Both the position numbers and the translations under genes were made by a program. The notes below the pieces were generated by a model. The model searched no databases, had not been told where the DNA came from, and saw only the letters and a list, made by a program, of their open reading frames with translations. 64,000 nucleotides of DNA from Marsupella aquatica (lineage: Eukaryota; Plantae; Marchantiophyta): NCBI GenBank assembly GCA_973895155.1, contig OZ316892.1, positions 3,723,223 through 3,787,222 on the forward strand, written 5' to 3'. Positions 1 to 13,673 of this stretch are shown here, in pieces. How positions within the stretch are numbered: the first letter of the stretch is position 1; every line of letters starts with the position of its first letter.

Positions 1-3000
1 GGTTGGATTCCTCCCTAGTGGTCGTGGTCAGTGGTGTTCCTTCAAACACCCCAAGCTCGGAACGTTTGGCATTATTAACATATGTGCTCCTACAGGGATT
101 GATGGAGAGAGAGAACGGGCTAGCCTCTGGGCTGAAATCTTTCAGGAAGTGCAGAATGACTTGGCTTGGATTATTATGGGAGATTTTAATATGATTGAAG
201 ATATGAATGATCAGATTGGGGGATCTCCTCATGTGGTGGCAGGAAGAGAGAAGAGAACTTGGGATCATCTCAAGAGAAGAATGAAATGGCAGGACACTTT
301 TAAACGTTTCCTAGGGCAACTTCGATTTTCCTGGTGTAACAAGAGAATGGGAGGAACTCTCGTCTCTGAGAGAATTTATCGTCGTCTGGACAGATGCTAT
401 GCCCCACCAAGCTCTCCATCTTTTAATTGCTCCTTGGAGTCGAGGATCATTTTGGCTCAATACATGTCAGATCATCATCCGCTGAGCATATGATGTATTT
501 CTGGAGTGGATCAAATGTGTCCGTTGAGATTCAGGATGAATTGTGCTCATTTTGTTGAGTCAGTGTTTAGGCAACAGATGGTGAACCTTCTAGTGACAGA
601 GGTGGCAAAGTTGGAGAGAAAGAAAGTTCCACCCGATAAGCTGCTTGAAGGTTGTCTGAAAAGGGCTACTAACTTTGATCGAGCCTGGGGAAAACAGCAA
701 GCTATGAAAAAAATGGCAAGATAGAAGGAGCTTAGGGCTCAATTAACGATTGCTCAGGTGATATTGGAAGAAGATCCACAAAACACGGTGAGACAAGAAG
801 TTCTGGTTGAGTGCCAAACTAATTTGAAGATGTTGGAAGATGGGAAGATGAAGTGGTTACAAGAGGCAATGAGAATGAAGTGGAGAACAGATGGAGACCA
901 GTGTTCGAAGCTGCAATTCAACTCTTTTAAATCAAGGGCGGTGTCTACTGAGCTGAAAGGGCTATACGATGCGGATAAGAATATGCAAAGTGAGTGGGGG
1001 GACATGGCTAAGATAGCTACGGAGTTTTATACTAAGCTGTTGTCATCTAAATACCAACCATCAAAAGCTGAGTTGGAGTGTATTCTAGGTAATGTGCATG
1101 AAAAAATTTCACAGGAAGATAAGCATTCATTGGAAGCGGAATTATCACTGGAAGAGATTTTAGCAGCGACGAAAGCTTTGGGGAAACTCAAAACTCCGGG
1201 GCATGATGGGGTACCGATAGAATTCTTCTTGGCATTCTGGGAGGAATTAGGTCCCTTATTGTTAAAGGCTCTTCAACTCGGGATTGAACAGGGCAGATTC
1301 AGTGACAATTTTCTTAAGGGCTTAATCATTCTATTAAAAAAAAAGGGGATGAATGTTGTATTGAAAATAAGAGGCCCATCTCTTTATTAACAGTGAGTTA
1401 TAAGGTGGGGACGAAAACATTTCAGTTGCGGTTAATCAGGGTATTGGTTAAGATCATATCGGCACAACAATATGCTTATCTTCCGGGGAGGTCGATTCAT
1501 CACACCCTCTTATTAACCAATGAGATGGTGGAGCAGGCCATGAGCGAACCGGAGCCTTATGTATGTCTTAAATTGGATGTGGTAAAAGCATTCGATAGTG
1601 TGGAATGGGTGTTTATTGAAAAAATGTTGGTTAGATTGGGCTTTGGTGATACCTTCCTCAGATTTTTTTGGGCAATAACATAGAATGCTTCTTCAGCAAT
1701 TGTGATTAACGGGAAGGCTTCGACATCTTTTAATATTACCAGATCAGTAAGACAAGGGTGTCCAATCTCTCCATTGTTCTTCATTATTGCAATCCAGGGT
1801 CTGGATAGTCTTTTGACTAAGAAGATTTCTTTGAGCATGTTGGAAGGAGTGAAGTTCGAAAAGGCTGGTTTGCATCTGGCACAGCAATTTTATGCTGATA
1901 ATACGACAGTGATCATTAAAGGAGAGAGAAGGAATATTGAGAGAGCTGTAAAGCAATATTTCAGGTATTTGCTAAGGCATCAGGATTAGAATGTAACTGG
2001 GATGGAGCTAATGCGATTTTACTAAGTAAGGACCCAATACCGGGTGATTTACTGGATCTAAATTGGAAATGGGAAGGTCCTGGTAATTACTCTACACTTC
2101 TTGGATTCATGTTTGGGTCGGAAGGGATCAATGGAGCAACTATGGTGCAGTCGATAAGGTCATTATTGGAGAAGAAACTGACTCAGGCTCGGTTGAACCC
2201 GCTTTCCTTTATGGCTAGGGTATTGGTGGCAAATCACATATTGATGGGCTCACTGTGGTTTATTCTAACTCTTTGGTGTGGAGCGGACCGGGAGTTACAC
2301 AACATCAAGATGGAACTGATAAATTTCCTATGGGCAGGTCAAAACATTTCAGCCCATCATAGGATTAACTTTCGAATCCTGTCTAAGAAAAAGACGGAGG
2401 GAGGTGTGGGCCTGATCGCATTGGAACATCAGGTGACGGCTTTAGCAGCGAGGTTCATTATGTTTGCGGTATCTACTGGGGAACATCCGTTACAATTGCT
2501 GCTTCAAACACGGATTAAGGCGATGTCTATGCATAAATGGGGTTGTGATGATTACTCTTGGATTTTTAACAATTGTAGAACTATACCTACAGAGGGATCA
2601 GAGTTATGGAAAGGAATTTGTCATTCGTGGAACAAGATGAAGCCTCTACTTAGGTTTGAGATACCGGCAAACTCAAGGACTATGCTGAAGTTACCAGTGT
2701 GGTCTCCTTCCTGTAATCATGTGGAGATCAGAAAGGTCGGATGTAAATCTCTTCAGCAAAGGCTGTTGCGTAGATGGGGATTGTCTAAATGGCAGGATGT
2801 ATTCTCAGAAGTGGGAATTCCTAAGTCATGGGATGAATTGAGATCAAGTGGAGCAAATGTCGGGGGTAAGAGAGCTTTTGAAGCTCTTATATCTAACTCA
2901 AAATCTCAATCAGATGTACAGTTCTGTGATCCGAATGTGGAAAGTAAAATTTTGATCTCCCAGGTACCGATTTGTGAAGGTAACTTGGTCTGGAAAATTT

Positions 3001-4414
3001 CAGTCAAGAATGCTCAGGTGAAAGGTTCTTGGCAACCGGGAGAGCTTAACCAGATGCCGTTTGCTACTTTTGTCATTCAAGATGGGATAATGCAGAAGAG
3101 GTTACAGGTTCCTATCCAGGCGGTGGAATTATTCACTATGATATCTGGCAGAGTGAAGAATTGGAATACACATAAGTTGGGGATCGGACTAAAAGGTAGT
3201 CAGGAGGAAATTGTAGGTGTAACTAACCAATTTGTGTGGTTAGACGGAAGAGAGTTCTTTCATGCCTCTACTGCCAGTATTAGAAAATTACTTCAGGATC
3301 GGGAGAGATCGGATATGATTGGATTGCAGAAGTGGAGGAATGAAATAAGTATGGTGCCTTCTGATTCGGTTATTTGGAGAAACATCTGGAAACCTTATCG
3401 GGAGATGAAGGTGAATTTTTTCATGTGGCAGATTGCTCATCGGATTTTCGCCACTAAGCACTTCATTGGTAGGCGTTCTATTTGTAAGGACGAGCATGGA
3501 GTGATTATTCCGTTTTCTCGAAACGATGCAGAGTGGTGGTGTGGTCGATGTGAAAGAAATCTACATGAAGACTCCCTTCATTGTCAATGGAGTTGCGAGG
3601 AATCTAAGAGGATCTGGAATTGGGTGATGAAGCTGGTACAGAGGGCGATGGGCAACTCAGGCTTCTCTATAAATGCTGCTCAGGCGATAATTGGGGCACC
3701 GCTATACAGAACCACTTCAAAAACTCCACTTAAACTGTGGCAGATAATCAGGGGGATCACGAATTGGCATCTATGGAAGGCTCGTTGCTCTCTGGAGAAG
3801 GAAAAGGTTAGGATTACAGAAGTTGGTATCCAGATTAAAATCTGGAGAGAACTCAGATTGAATATGAGGGTAGCTTGGACTCAGTGTTCTAGGCGTCTGT
3901 TACTCTGTAATCTTCCTGTGCCGGAGAATCAGGAACTAAGAGGAAGAATGGTTCGAGACTTTGGTAGAGAGGGTGGATTATACAGGATTACTGAGGGTCT
4001 TTTCATAGTGGAATACACGCCATTATGGCTGTTTGACCCACCTTGAGCTGCTTTGGCTTTTGGGGTGGGGTTTAGTTTGTGGCAGTTAGGGTCTACCTCT
4101 CATTGAGGTTTTTCCGCTGAAGTACAGTAGGTCAGATATTGGTTATTACTGATTCTCTCCCTGTTTCTTTTGCCTGAGTTTTGCCCTCAGTGATGCCTGT
4201 GCTTTCTTAGTTGCTTTTAGATGACTTTTTCTGGTGGAGCTGATGTGATGGCTTTTCACCTTGTTTCCTGTTTGGCCCTTGCTCACTTGACTGAATGTGT
4301 TCGGTCTTGGTGTTGCTGTTGGTCTGTGACCTGTCTTGGGTCTGGCCTGTTTTACTCCCGCTTTTATTGGGTTTTACTTCTCTTTTAAGTAAAGTACTCC
4401 GTTCAAGATAAAAA
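1..4414 (+). mobile_element. L1-clade non-LTR retrotransposon (LINE), degenerate ORF2 plus 3' UTR; its 5' part lies outside the window
   Basis: Consecutive broken + strand ORFs give APE-endonuclease motifs (IIMGDFN, RRLDRCY, SDHHP), RT motifs (KTPGHDG, LDVVKAFDSVEW, RQGCPISP, YADN in place of YADD) and a C-terminal zf-RVT-like region (FFMWQIAHR...C-x2-C...H-x4-C). Stop at 4046, then a GT-rich UTR and a short A-tract at ~4409-4414. Several stops and frameshifts. Confidence 0.92.
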
Positions 4415-4989
4415 AGAGAGAGCATGATCTAGGGTTGATCTTTCAGTGCCTGCCCTGCCATGCTCTATGCAAGGGGAGAGGATGTGGGCGGCAGGCAGGC
4501 AGGAGCAGGAGGGCTAGGGAGGGAGAGTGGGAGACAAGGGAAGGAGACCAAGGGCGTGGGGTGAGAGAAAAAGAAGAAGAAAGGGTCTCTCTTGGAATAG
4601 GGCCACACACCCGCTTTGGTCCCCAGGTCTTGTGCAAGCCCTCACCCTCCCATGCCCTTCCCAACATCGCTTGTGTAACAACAACATTGATCAATGACAA
4701 CATGGGCACAACATCTGCAGGGTTGGTACCGCAGTTGTGCAATGCACAAGCATTGGGCTAGTGACATTATAATACCATGGACATCCATGCCATTGTGTGT
4801 TTGCTCACTCTCATGCACTATCCTCTCTGAATTTTTTCTAGGGCATGATTAACCTTGAGCACCAAAGGTTTTCCCTTTTAATCCATTCTAACCACCTTGA
4901 GCAAAACGTTTGCCCTCTAATCCATTCTGACCAGGTTAAATTATTTCCTTTCCCGAGTATATATTATTTCTCCAAAGCAAATATTGTCC

Positions 4990-5740
4990 CTGGTTGAAAC
5001 GGACTTAGTGTCCCCTTATTCCTAGCAGCCATATACATCACCTGCAAGAACTCCCATTCTATTTCCCTCACTTAACTGTCATCGTATGTCCCTGATTCTA
5101 GCATGGTCCTGGTGCTCTACATCACCTGCAAGAGGGCCCAACTTCTCCCCATCTTAGTTGTCATTGCATGTCCTTGACTCGAGCATGGTCTTGGTGCTCC
5201 ACATGCAACCAGGCCGCTATGCTTTGTCCCTGGTTGCCCTCCCTCATGTCACACTGCAGCCCCAAGTAATCTGAAGGTACTCAAGAAAATTGTGATTTGT
5301 CAGTTTGCTCTGTGTAAAACAAATCCTGCAGCCCCTCTGTAAATCAGCATTGTCACAACATGCAGGAGTAAACGAGACCCTCCCCAAAGACAGTTTAGAA
5401 TACTCAGTGCAGCCTTTGACTCTGGGCACCCTTCAGACTACTCCAGGCACCCTTCAAATTATTCAGGGCAGCTGTGCAATGCGAGGGAGGGCAACCAGCG
5501 ACAAAGCATCTGGTTGCAAGTGGAGCACCATGAACCAGGCTGGAGTGAAGGATATACAATGCCAACTAAGTTGGCGAGAGCCAATGGGCGCCCTGGCAGG
5601 TGATGTAGAGCACCATGACCATACTAGAATTAGGGACATGCAAAGACAACTAAGTGGAGCGAGAGAGAATGGGAACTCTGGCAGTTGATTTATAGGGCTG
5701 GTAGGGATAGTGGGGCCACTAAGTCCCTTTCGAACAAAGG
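4990..5740. mobile_element. Foldback/MITE-like element: long imperfect inverted repeat, arms ~4990-5265 and ~5465-5740
   Basis: ggacttagtgtcccc (5001) pairs with ggggccactaagtcc (5712); ggtgctctacatcacctgc (5111) with gcaggtgatgtagagcacc (5596); ctttgtccctggttgccctccctc (5222) with gagggagggcaaccagcgacaaag (5483). Each arm contains a degenerate ~85-bp internal duplication. No TSD identified. Confidence 0.7.
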
Positions 5741-8654
5741 CCTCCTAGGATTTTGATTCGCACAAGTCTTTCTTTGGAAGCTCAGAGCAACATTTGGAGC
5801 ATCTTTACAGCTTAGCTGTTAGTTCAGAGCGTGCCAAGTAGATGCTCTTGTTATTTTATGAAAAGTAATGCCTACACCATGGGTCCATTTGAGCTCTACT
5901 TTCGAGGAGGACTAGGGGAAGGCAGAAGATTCCCGAGTGCCTCGAGGTAGACTCCCTAGTGCCTCGAGGTAGACGTGACAGGAGGGCTAGGAGAAAGTCA
6001 AAATATTCACTCGTTTCTGGAGATCTATGTATGACCTAGTGTTGAAATTAAAATGCTGTTTGAGTTCATGCTTTTCTTGTTTTCCTCTTGATAAGTGTGT
6101 ACCATCCAAGCATGCCAAGAAACTAAGCCTTTTCAACTTACTGAAAGGCACATAGTGGTTACAAATGTGACAAATGGGGATCCTTAATGTCTCACATAAT
6201 TGGTAGATTTTCGAAGGTCTCCAACTGGGGACCTCTAAAGAGAAAGTGGATGGGAAAATGCGCAGTGAAAGACTACCAAGGACACATAATATGTGAAAGT
6301 AGTTCTAATGATCAACATTGAAAGTATAGACTAAATCTACAACATCCACAATTTTGTGCAATCCTCCAAATGAGTGCCCAATGCAAGTGATCTCTGGTAT
6401 TTTGTTGAGCGTCACTGATGGTTGTTGATGAAAGTGAATAGTCTAAACAGGAAGCGGTGCTCCTATAAAACCTTATCATGCACCCTTTCGTATTGCTCTT
6501 GAGTATGAGTCATGTGTTGGCCGCAGTAGCTTCTATGCTTTACTGGAGAGGGAAAACATGGAGGTAATAAGTTGAGAGACTTCAATGAGAAGTCGAGATG
6601 GGGCACCAAGTCTTGGAGAAGAATGGAGTGGGTGTAGCACTTTCGCTCATCCCGATTCATAGGTCCCTGGCAAATTGGCAATCAACCGGGCCATAGAATA
6701 GATTTCACCACACACTGAGCAAAGTTCAATACTGCCTCTTTGGCGCTGGCCATTTGCAACACTGGTGTGGGTCATTCGTTGCCCGATGTTTATTGTAAAG
6801 GAACGGCATGGAAGTAATAAGTGAGTGGCTTCTATGAGAGCCAGGATGGGCGTCAAGGCAGGGAGAAGAATGGAACGGGTGCAGCTGTGCAGCACCTTGC
6901 TCACTCCGTCCATGGGTTCGTTGCTCTTCAGAGAGATGGGCGGTGGACACAGGACGAGCTCTCTCTGAATTGCAATGTTTCTTTATCTCTGTTTCTCCAG
7001 TTTTCTTTCCAATCAAGTAGTTTTGAATTTTTTGTTACAAATGGGATTGATTATTTTAAATGATTATCAACGTGAAAACTCTTTAAAGTAATTGATCTCC
7101 GTTTCTTTGCTGTCTGAACGGTGCTTCAAAATGACACTTCCGTGTGTGGTTACATCTGTGCCAATGTACATTTACAATGCACGACAAGTTTTGCTCTAGT
7201 CCATATGTGACCGTGTAACACAAGCATTTGCCCTTTTAAGTTGCCTTATTCTGAAGCTGAGCAGAATATTGGCCTGCGATTGGCATGCTCATGCTGACTA
7301 CTTGAATCACATTTTGGTGATAGTGATGGACCTGTTGCGAATCAATAACATTCCAAGCGACTAGAGGAGAGGCAGTTAGAAGCGCTGTAAAATGCAATCG
7401 TTGTAGAGCGTTGATTTTTTGAAGGCAGCTGTACAGTTGGAACAAATTAGGCTACAACAATGCGGAGACATAGATGCTTGATTCATTTGTTCCTGCCGAT
7501 CGAAGTCAAACTGCGCCCAGCTCGACAACAGTGTACTGATTTTGACTACATAAAATTCTGCTTTAATTTCTCACACAAATTGTGTATTCGTATGGCTTCT
7601 TAGCTTGGAGATATTCTCGAGAGGGAACATGCAAGAGTGTAGCTTGACCGTCCAGGATGGGACCCAGCAGATCGCAAGAAAGTAACATAAGCATTGCTAT
7701 AAGGTGCACATCATAGAAATCTGCATGCCACAGGATTGCGAGAATTTGAGTAATGTCCTTGCAGAGCTAGATTTCGCTTTGTCGTGGCAATGGCCCAAAC
7801 GTGAGTAAGTTGCGTACTCTAGAATTATTGCCTACCCGACAGAGAAGAACTTTGAGATTTCAAACTTACGTGCTTCAAGTTCAATAATAGATCATTCTAT
7901 AGCAAACTGGATAGCGACTGTATATTTCTTTGCTCTGATGATCAACTTGAAGACCACAAACTTCGAAGGACACCTGATTTCCCCGTGTTGCTGAGATCTC
8001 AAGTTAAGCATGATCACCAGCTAAGGAATACGGACTCTATAGACTGGGAGTCTAGCTCGTCCTGGATGCTAATTTGACATGCTTTGGCACAGAATTATTG
8101 TTTTTGGTCCTACGGTTCGAGAATTGCTCTGTTCTCGAACCATACAATTGTGAGAATTCACATTTCATAATTATTTGAAAAAGCTTGAGGGTCTGGTAAA
8201 AAAACATGAAAAATCAAAATCAAAATCCCAAAGCGACGCGGACAATCCATAGCAAGAACTGGTTTGGGCCAAAAGCAAGAGTACTCGTTGGAAAACAATT
8301 TGATCCTTTCTACATGAGTTCTCTAACAAGCTCAAAGCATTCTGAATCATATTCACGAACTTTTTGAAACAAGCATTTGTCTAGAATCTCTTCACAATAT
8401 GTATTCCCTAAGATTGCTCTCAACCCGGGCATTAGATCCTCTTCACATGTCCAGCGGTGAACACGAGAGCAGAGCAGAAAACCTATTCATCTATTCTATG
8501 TACAAGAAAATTCTCGCATGTAAGATCGAGTTGTGTTCTCCATTATCTGATGTTGGAGGCACATCCAGCAAATCTGGAAGCTGGAGGAAGAGTGTTGTAC
8601 TCTCAATTTCAGCCTCGTGAATTTGAATTGAAACACGAAGCGATTTCCAGAGAA

Positions 8655-9164
8655 TCAAAGACGCACATTGTTCAAAGAATTTGCAACTGTGGCCGCGTTA
8701 GACGAAGAAACCTGTTCGGTGTAAGGCAAAAATTTGCCATTGAAGGTGATCGCCACCCGATCTTCACCCTCCTTGCCCTTGATTTTGTCAACAGTGGCAA
8801 AGAATCCAATTGCCGACATGATTCCATCTCCACACTCCTCGTTGATGATCTCTTTGAAGCTCTCGCCGTAGTGAATCACAGCCTCGTATATCCTATAAAT
8901 GGTGGGATCTTGCAGAATGGTCGGATCGAACGAGCGTCGGGGAATCTCCTGCATTTTCTCGAGCATTTCCGGGGTTAGCTGCGGCACTGCAGACCTCAGC
9001 TTCTCAACAGCATGCGGCTTCACCGGCATCTGCCGATGAAACAGTTGCGCAACATACGCGTTGGTGAGACCGGTCTCTTCGGCGATTTGCGAGAAGGTCT
9101 TGCCACTCTGCTTCTTGGCTTGCAGAAGCTGCAACACCAGATCCGCTTTCGCCTCCATCGCCAT
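8655..9164 (-). CDS. CYN: Cyanate hydratase (cyanase), CDS without introns
   Basis: N-terminal HTH-like region ([30 protein letters not shown]), catalytic region DPTIYRIYE and GDGIMSAI, C-terminal GKFLPY. Likely start is the ATG at 9164 (or 9158). A possible 5' UTR intron acceptor lies at ~9270. Confidence 0.95.
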   Translation of the reverse strand: MAMEAKADLVLQLLQAKKQSGKTFSQIAEETGLTNAYVAQLFHRQMPVKPHAVEKLRSAVPQLTPEMLEKMQEIPRRSFDPTILQDPTIYRIYEAVIHYGESFKEIINEECGDGIMSAIGFFATVDKIKGKEGEDRVAITFNGKFLPYTEQVSSSNAATVANSLNNVRL

Positions 9165-10469
9165 TAAAAAAGAAATTGTTGGGGATCTCAACAATCGCTA
9201 GACAGTAGAGAATTCGTCTCTTCGTTACAATTTCTAGCTCCCACAAACGAATCGTATCTGGATTCTACCTGCAAAATGACAACAAATAGAGCCTCGTACT
9301 CAGTCATTCACGTACCAACCTCAAGATACGAACTTGACATAATTGAATGTCCCCCTCACCTCCTTCCATCACGCTCCCATGAAAGGCTAGTGCTATACTG
9401 TAATATCTTCAGATGACCATCCCACTGAAACCCTACTGCGCATACAGCTCGATGAAGCCCGCTAGTAGGCAATCTGAAGGGTCATGAAACCAAGATCCAG
9501 CTCATGACGATTTCTCTGCCTTCAACCCACACACTACTACCAACCAACCATTGATAGCCACACCACGACCACAATCGAAACCAAAGCGAATTATCTTCGC
9601 CATCAGCATCGACCAAACAGCATCGACCAAACGACACAAACCTCTTCTGTACAGTCCTCTGCGACACACCACTCCAAATGGCCCGCCAATTCTTTTCAGT
9701 GACAAGTGGATTATTCGTCCGTCTCACCTCAACCTGTGCCAAATGTGCAGATTCTCGCAGCTGCGTTTGATTCAAAGACTTGCTTCTTCTTTCGTGCCAA
9801 AACGAACCAAAGGCTGAAAGGCATTGACGTTATATTCCGTCGATCATGATTATCCAGAGTGCAAACCGTGGACAGCCGGTCGATGCACTGCGAGCTCGGG
9901 AGCTGGGCCTTGCATGCCCACCAGTCCAGCTACGTAAGGAGCAGATTGAATACTCATAGCTCGATTCTAGATCTCTATCGATAGGTCTAGTACTCTGGAC
10001 GTCGGCCCGAGCTTTGGCGTCGCGAATCGCCATGCTTTGCCAGACGGTCTCCCACGTCGATGGAGCTGCTGGTCAGAAGGTTGCCATGTGTTCGAGTCGG
10101 TAACAAACAGCGCAAAGCTTCAGACGAGCTTCAAGTAATGCAAATCGGGGCCGAACACGTACTGTCAACTTACGGTGTAATAATGGCCCTTTGGCACCTG
10201 GAAGAGCCTTACCTGTAAATTGGCCCTTTGAAACCTGAAAGAGCCAAAGCTGTTAAATTACAGAAACCAATGGATGTCATGGCATAGCTTGTACCCATGC
10301 CATCACATGGTCTTGAATCAATGGAGCACACATGGCCACCACCTGGTCTCGTGCCCATCAGAGAGGTTGGACCAGAGGCTTACCAATTCTTAGGTCTTAG
10401 TAGGGCTGAGGTAGTTGGTTTTAGGGACTCCCGTCAGGTGGTTTTAGGGACTCTCGTGAGGTTCTGTTT

Positions 10470-10610
10470 AGTGATCCTCCTATGCGGTGTATTCTAGAGC
10501 TCTACCAAGGTTCTGCTTGGTGACACTCCTATGCAGTTTATTCTAGAGCTCTACCAAGGTTCTGCTTGGTGACCCTCCTATGTGGTTTAGTCTAGAGCGC
10601 TACCAAGTTT
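10470..10610. repeat. Tandem repeat, ~49-bp unit, ~3 copies
   Basis: ctagagc(t/g)ctaccaag recurs at ~10494, ~10543 and ~10592. Confidence 0.85.
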
Positions 10611-10944
10611 TTCAGTGTTCCGCTCAATAGGGTGTTAGCCTTCAATGCTCCTTTGTTTTGGTTACTTATAGTTCCTTGTTCCTTTTTGGATTTTGTTTGG
10701 AGACCCCTTGGCTTGTTTTCATTGGGGCCCTTTCCCCTCTTTTCCTCCCCTTCTTTGGGTTCTTTGCTTTTGGGGCCATGTCTCCCAGTTAGTAGATTTT
10801 TGCCCTTGGACTGTGATATATATAGTTACCAATTCCCAATCACCTTCTAGAGTAAACTCAAGTCCCATGGACTACCATGTGTAACAAAATGGTCAAAGAT
10901 AACTACTACAGTACTAATTAATGTACTAGTCTTTCACCCCGATG

Positions 10945-10946
<2 letters not shown>

Positions 10947-10986
<40 letters not shown>
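10947..10986. repeat. (CT)n microsatellite
   Basis: Uninterrupted CT run. Confidence 0.95.
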
Positions 10987-10988
<2 letters not shown>

Positions 10989-11483
10989 CTTTAAGGGTAT
11001 ATATTTTTTGCCGTGTACTTTTTAATATTCATAACTTCTTTTGAATAGATATGATAGCTAGTGTTTCACATATAAGTTAGATTATATTAGATTTGTTTGT
11101 TTAATAGTCTAAATAAAAAACCATAGAGTTTAATGTGGATAAATTAAGATAGGTGTGTCATACATTGGACACTTATATTATATTACAAAATGGTGAGATA
11201 AGCAGTGAAAAGCGGAATTATTGGGCCTGTACCAAGATAAATACTTACAGCCAAATTTCTAAGTGAGGCTCGCATGCAAGTTGGCTCTACGGTGGATCAT
11301 TGCAACCCACCTGAATCACTGAAGGGCTACTTTTATTCACCTAGCATCTTTCCTTTGTATAAAGTTTGATTGGAAAAACTGCCTGGTCTATAGGAGTCCC
11401 CAGGTCAGACATTGGGGTCCATCCTAGCATCAATCTCCTTGCAGAGTCATTTTTTGGGGACAATCAGATGGGACAGGGCTCCA

Positions 11484-11570
11484 AAGCCCTAAGCCCTAAA
11501 CCCTAAACCCCAATGCGTTCTCACCTTGTGGCTGTAATACGGTTTCCTGTACAACAATCTTAGGGTTTAA
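11484..11570 (+). promoter_or_regulatory. Telo-box cluster (AAACCCTA / TAGGGTTT) upstream of the RRM gene
   Basis: aagccctaagccctaaaccctaaacccc at ~11484-11511 and tagggttt at ~11561. Telo-boxes are established elements of plant ribosome-biogenesis and translation gene promoters, which fits the downstream gene. Confidence 0.6.
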
Positions 11571-11981
11571 GCACAACCCGAAATTTTGCATGGAGTTCGC
11601 ACAGAAACTGAACGAAGGAGTTTTTGCCATCTCCACTTCCCTGGTTCAAGATTTTTCCTGATGTCTTGCTTTTTGGGCTCCCTCAATCGCTCTTGCGGTC
11701 GATATCCACTCTTGCAGTCGCACTTCGTCGTGCACTGGTGATGTTGTGATTCCTTATGTTCTCAAATCCTCCTTCCACTCCTCCACTGGTGATTTTGTGA
11801 TTCCTTGGGTTCTCAAACCTCCCTTCCACTCCTCGCCATGCCTCGGGTCTCTCATCAGAGGTCCCAAAACTCCTCCTTCGTTCTGCCTCTCCTGAAATAG
11901 ACTAGCCTCTGCTGCCAAGCGTTTCGTCTGTGGGATAAGGCCCGCGTTTCCCACCCCTTGCGCCGAAGTTAGGTCGCAGAG

Positions 11982-13673
11982 ATGGCAGATATTGTGATAC
12001 ATGATTCGGAGGCTGTGGGGGGGAAACGCAAGAAGAGGAGCAAGCAGATAGTCGAGAAGGAGGTTGTTGATTCTTCCAAGTCGAATGTCGTGTATGTCGG
12101 ACGAATTCCGCATGGGTTTTACGAGAAAGAAATGAAAGGTGAGGACGTCGAAACTCGAGTGCTCTCGTTCCAGTGGTCACCATGTTTGAGTGGTTGTGTG
12201 GTCTGTTGGCGGTGTTGGACTCACCTGTTTGCCGTCGATGCCGGCTCTCTGTTCGTTGCAGAATTTTTTGAGCAATTTGGAACCATCGCAAAGATTCGTA
12301 TATCACGGAACAAGCAAGTATGACAACGTTTCAGTTGTTCCCCGGATTTTTTTAGTCTTGGCTGTAGCTCGCACAATTGTGGAGGTGCAGTACCTCTTTA
12401 TTTAGGCATTGAGTCACTTCATTGTGCATCTCCGAAACTTATCGAAGGAACCGGATTTCCTGGTTTGGTGCCTAAGGTTGGAAGCAATTGCCAGCCAGAA
12501 TCTAGTAATCTTTGCTAGTGCTTACTTCTATTTCCTTTTTCTGATCAACCTCTTGTTGGGGGTTCCTTTTTTTTTCCAGACAGGAAAATCAAAGCATTAT
12601 GGTTTCATGCAATTCGAGGTCCCAGAGGTAAGGAGATTGCTTAATTCGTGTAATCAGGTAGCTGCTCTCAGTTTTGGAGAGTGTTTTTCCTCGTCAACTT
12701 TCTGTTGACAGGAAGATATATTTCCCTTGGTTGAAAACGCAGAAGGCGAATTTGAAATGCGCAATAGTTGTATGACTTGATTTCAATGTCTTGTCCACCG
12801 TTGTTTCAGGTAGCTGCCATTGTAGCGGAGAGTATGAATAATTACCTTCTCATGGAATCCATGCTTCAAGTGAAACTGGTGCCTCTGGAGAAGCTACATC
12901 CGAAAATGTATGCGAGGATTTCTGTCTGAAACTCCCATTCATCTTGAAATGTTTCCTCTTTTATTATGACCATGAATTTATCAGTATTTTTTCTCCAGCA
13001 GCGTTCAGTGAGGAGGTGATGAATGAAAATTTAGCATTCAGATGTTGCTTGTGGTCCTCAACATCAGTAAGTGTCTTTGAATAGGTGGGTGGGAGCAAAC
13101 CGGAAATTTAAAGTACTGAAGTTTCAGGAGATGCAGAGAACGCTACATAACAAGGTATGCCAACTGCAGTTGTTTTCTAAATCTACCTATTGTGGTAGTT
13201 CTAATTTCCAGTGTCGTATGACTTCGGTTTGGTGCTATTGCTTGTATTGGCTCATACAAGTTAGTTGCACTGGCAGAGTACATGAAGAGATTCGTGAGTA
13301 ACTGGTTTATGCCTTGAATACCTTTCAGGTTCGTACTCCTGCTGAGCAAAAGAAGCGGTTACACGGTTTAGTAAAGAAGGATAAGCTACGGCGTGCCAAG
13401 CTAAAAGCCGCGGGGTTTGACTTCAAATTCCCTGATATTGTGAGTGCTCCAATCTTGGTGATACTTACATGCCCTCCACGAGTCTTTAGTGTTCAATTAG
13501 TTGTGCAGCAAGAACCAATGTATCTGTACTAGTGACAGTAACCTCGTGTTCGATTGTCCAATTGTGAAGTACTTCTTTGGTGATCCTTACGGTATGATTT
13601 TTAACTTGTTTGGGGACTGCAGACAGATTCCGCATCTGTGAGATCGAAGAAGACCAAGTTGGCCAAGGATTAG
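11982..13673 (+). CDS. NOP15: Nucleolar RRM protein, NIFK/Nop15-like (60S biogenesis), 7 exons
   Basis: Exons 11982-12138, 12262-12317, 12580-12627, 12810-12907, 13085-13154, 13329-13439, 13623-13673, all GT-AG and in frame. Motifs VVYVGRIPHGFYEKEM, IRISRNKQTGKSKHYGFMQF, VAAIVAESMNNYLL, LHPKMWVGANRKF. Confidence 0.9.

Noticed and set aside
10470-10610. Regular short repeats resembling a CRISPR array (also 25184-25500 and 39075-39262)
   Set aside because: Units are contiguous tandem copies without unique spacers, there are no cas genes, and the context is eukaryotic.
11484-11511. Telomere or interstitial telomeric array
   Set aside because: Only 3-4 imperfect units in a promoter position; better explained as telo-boxes.
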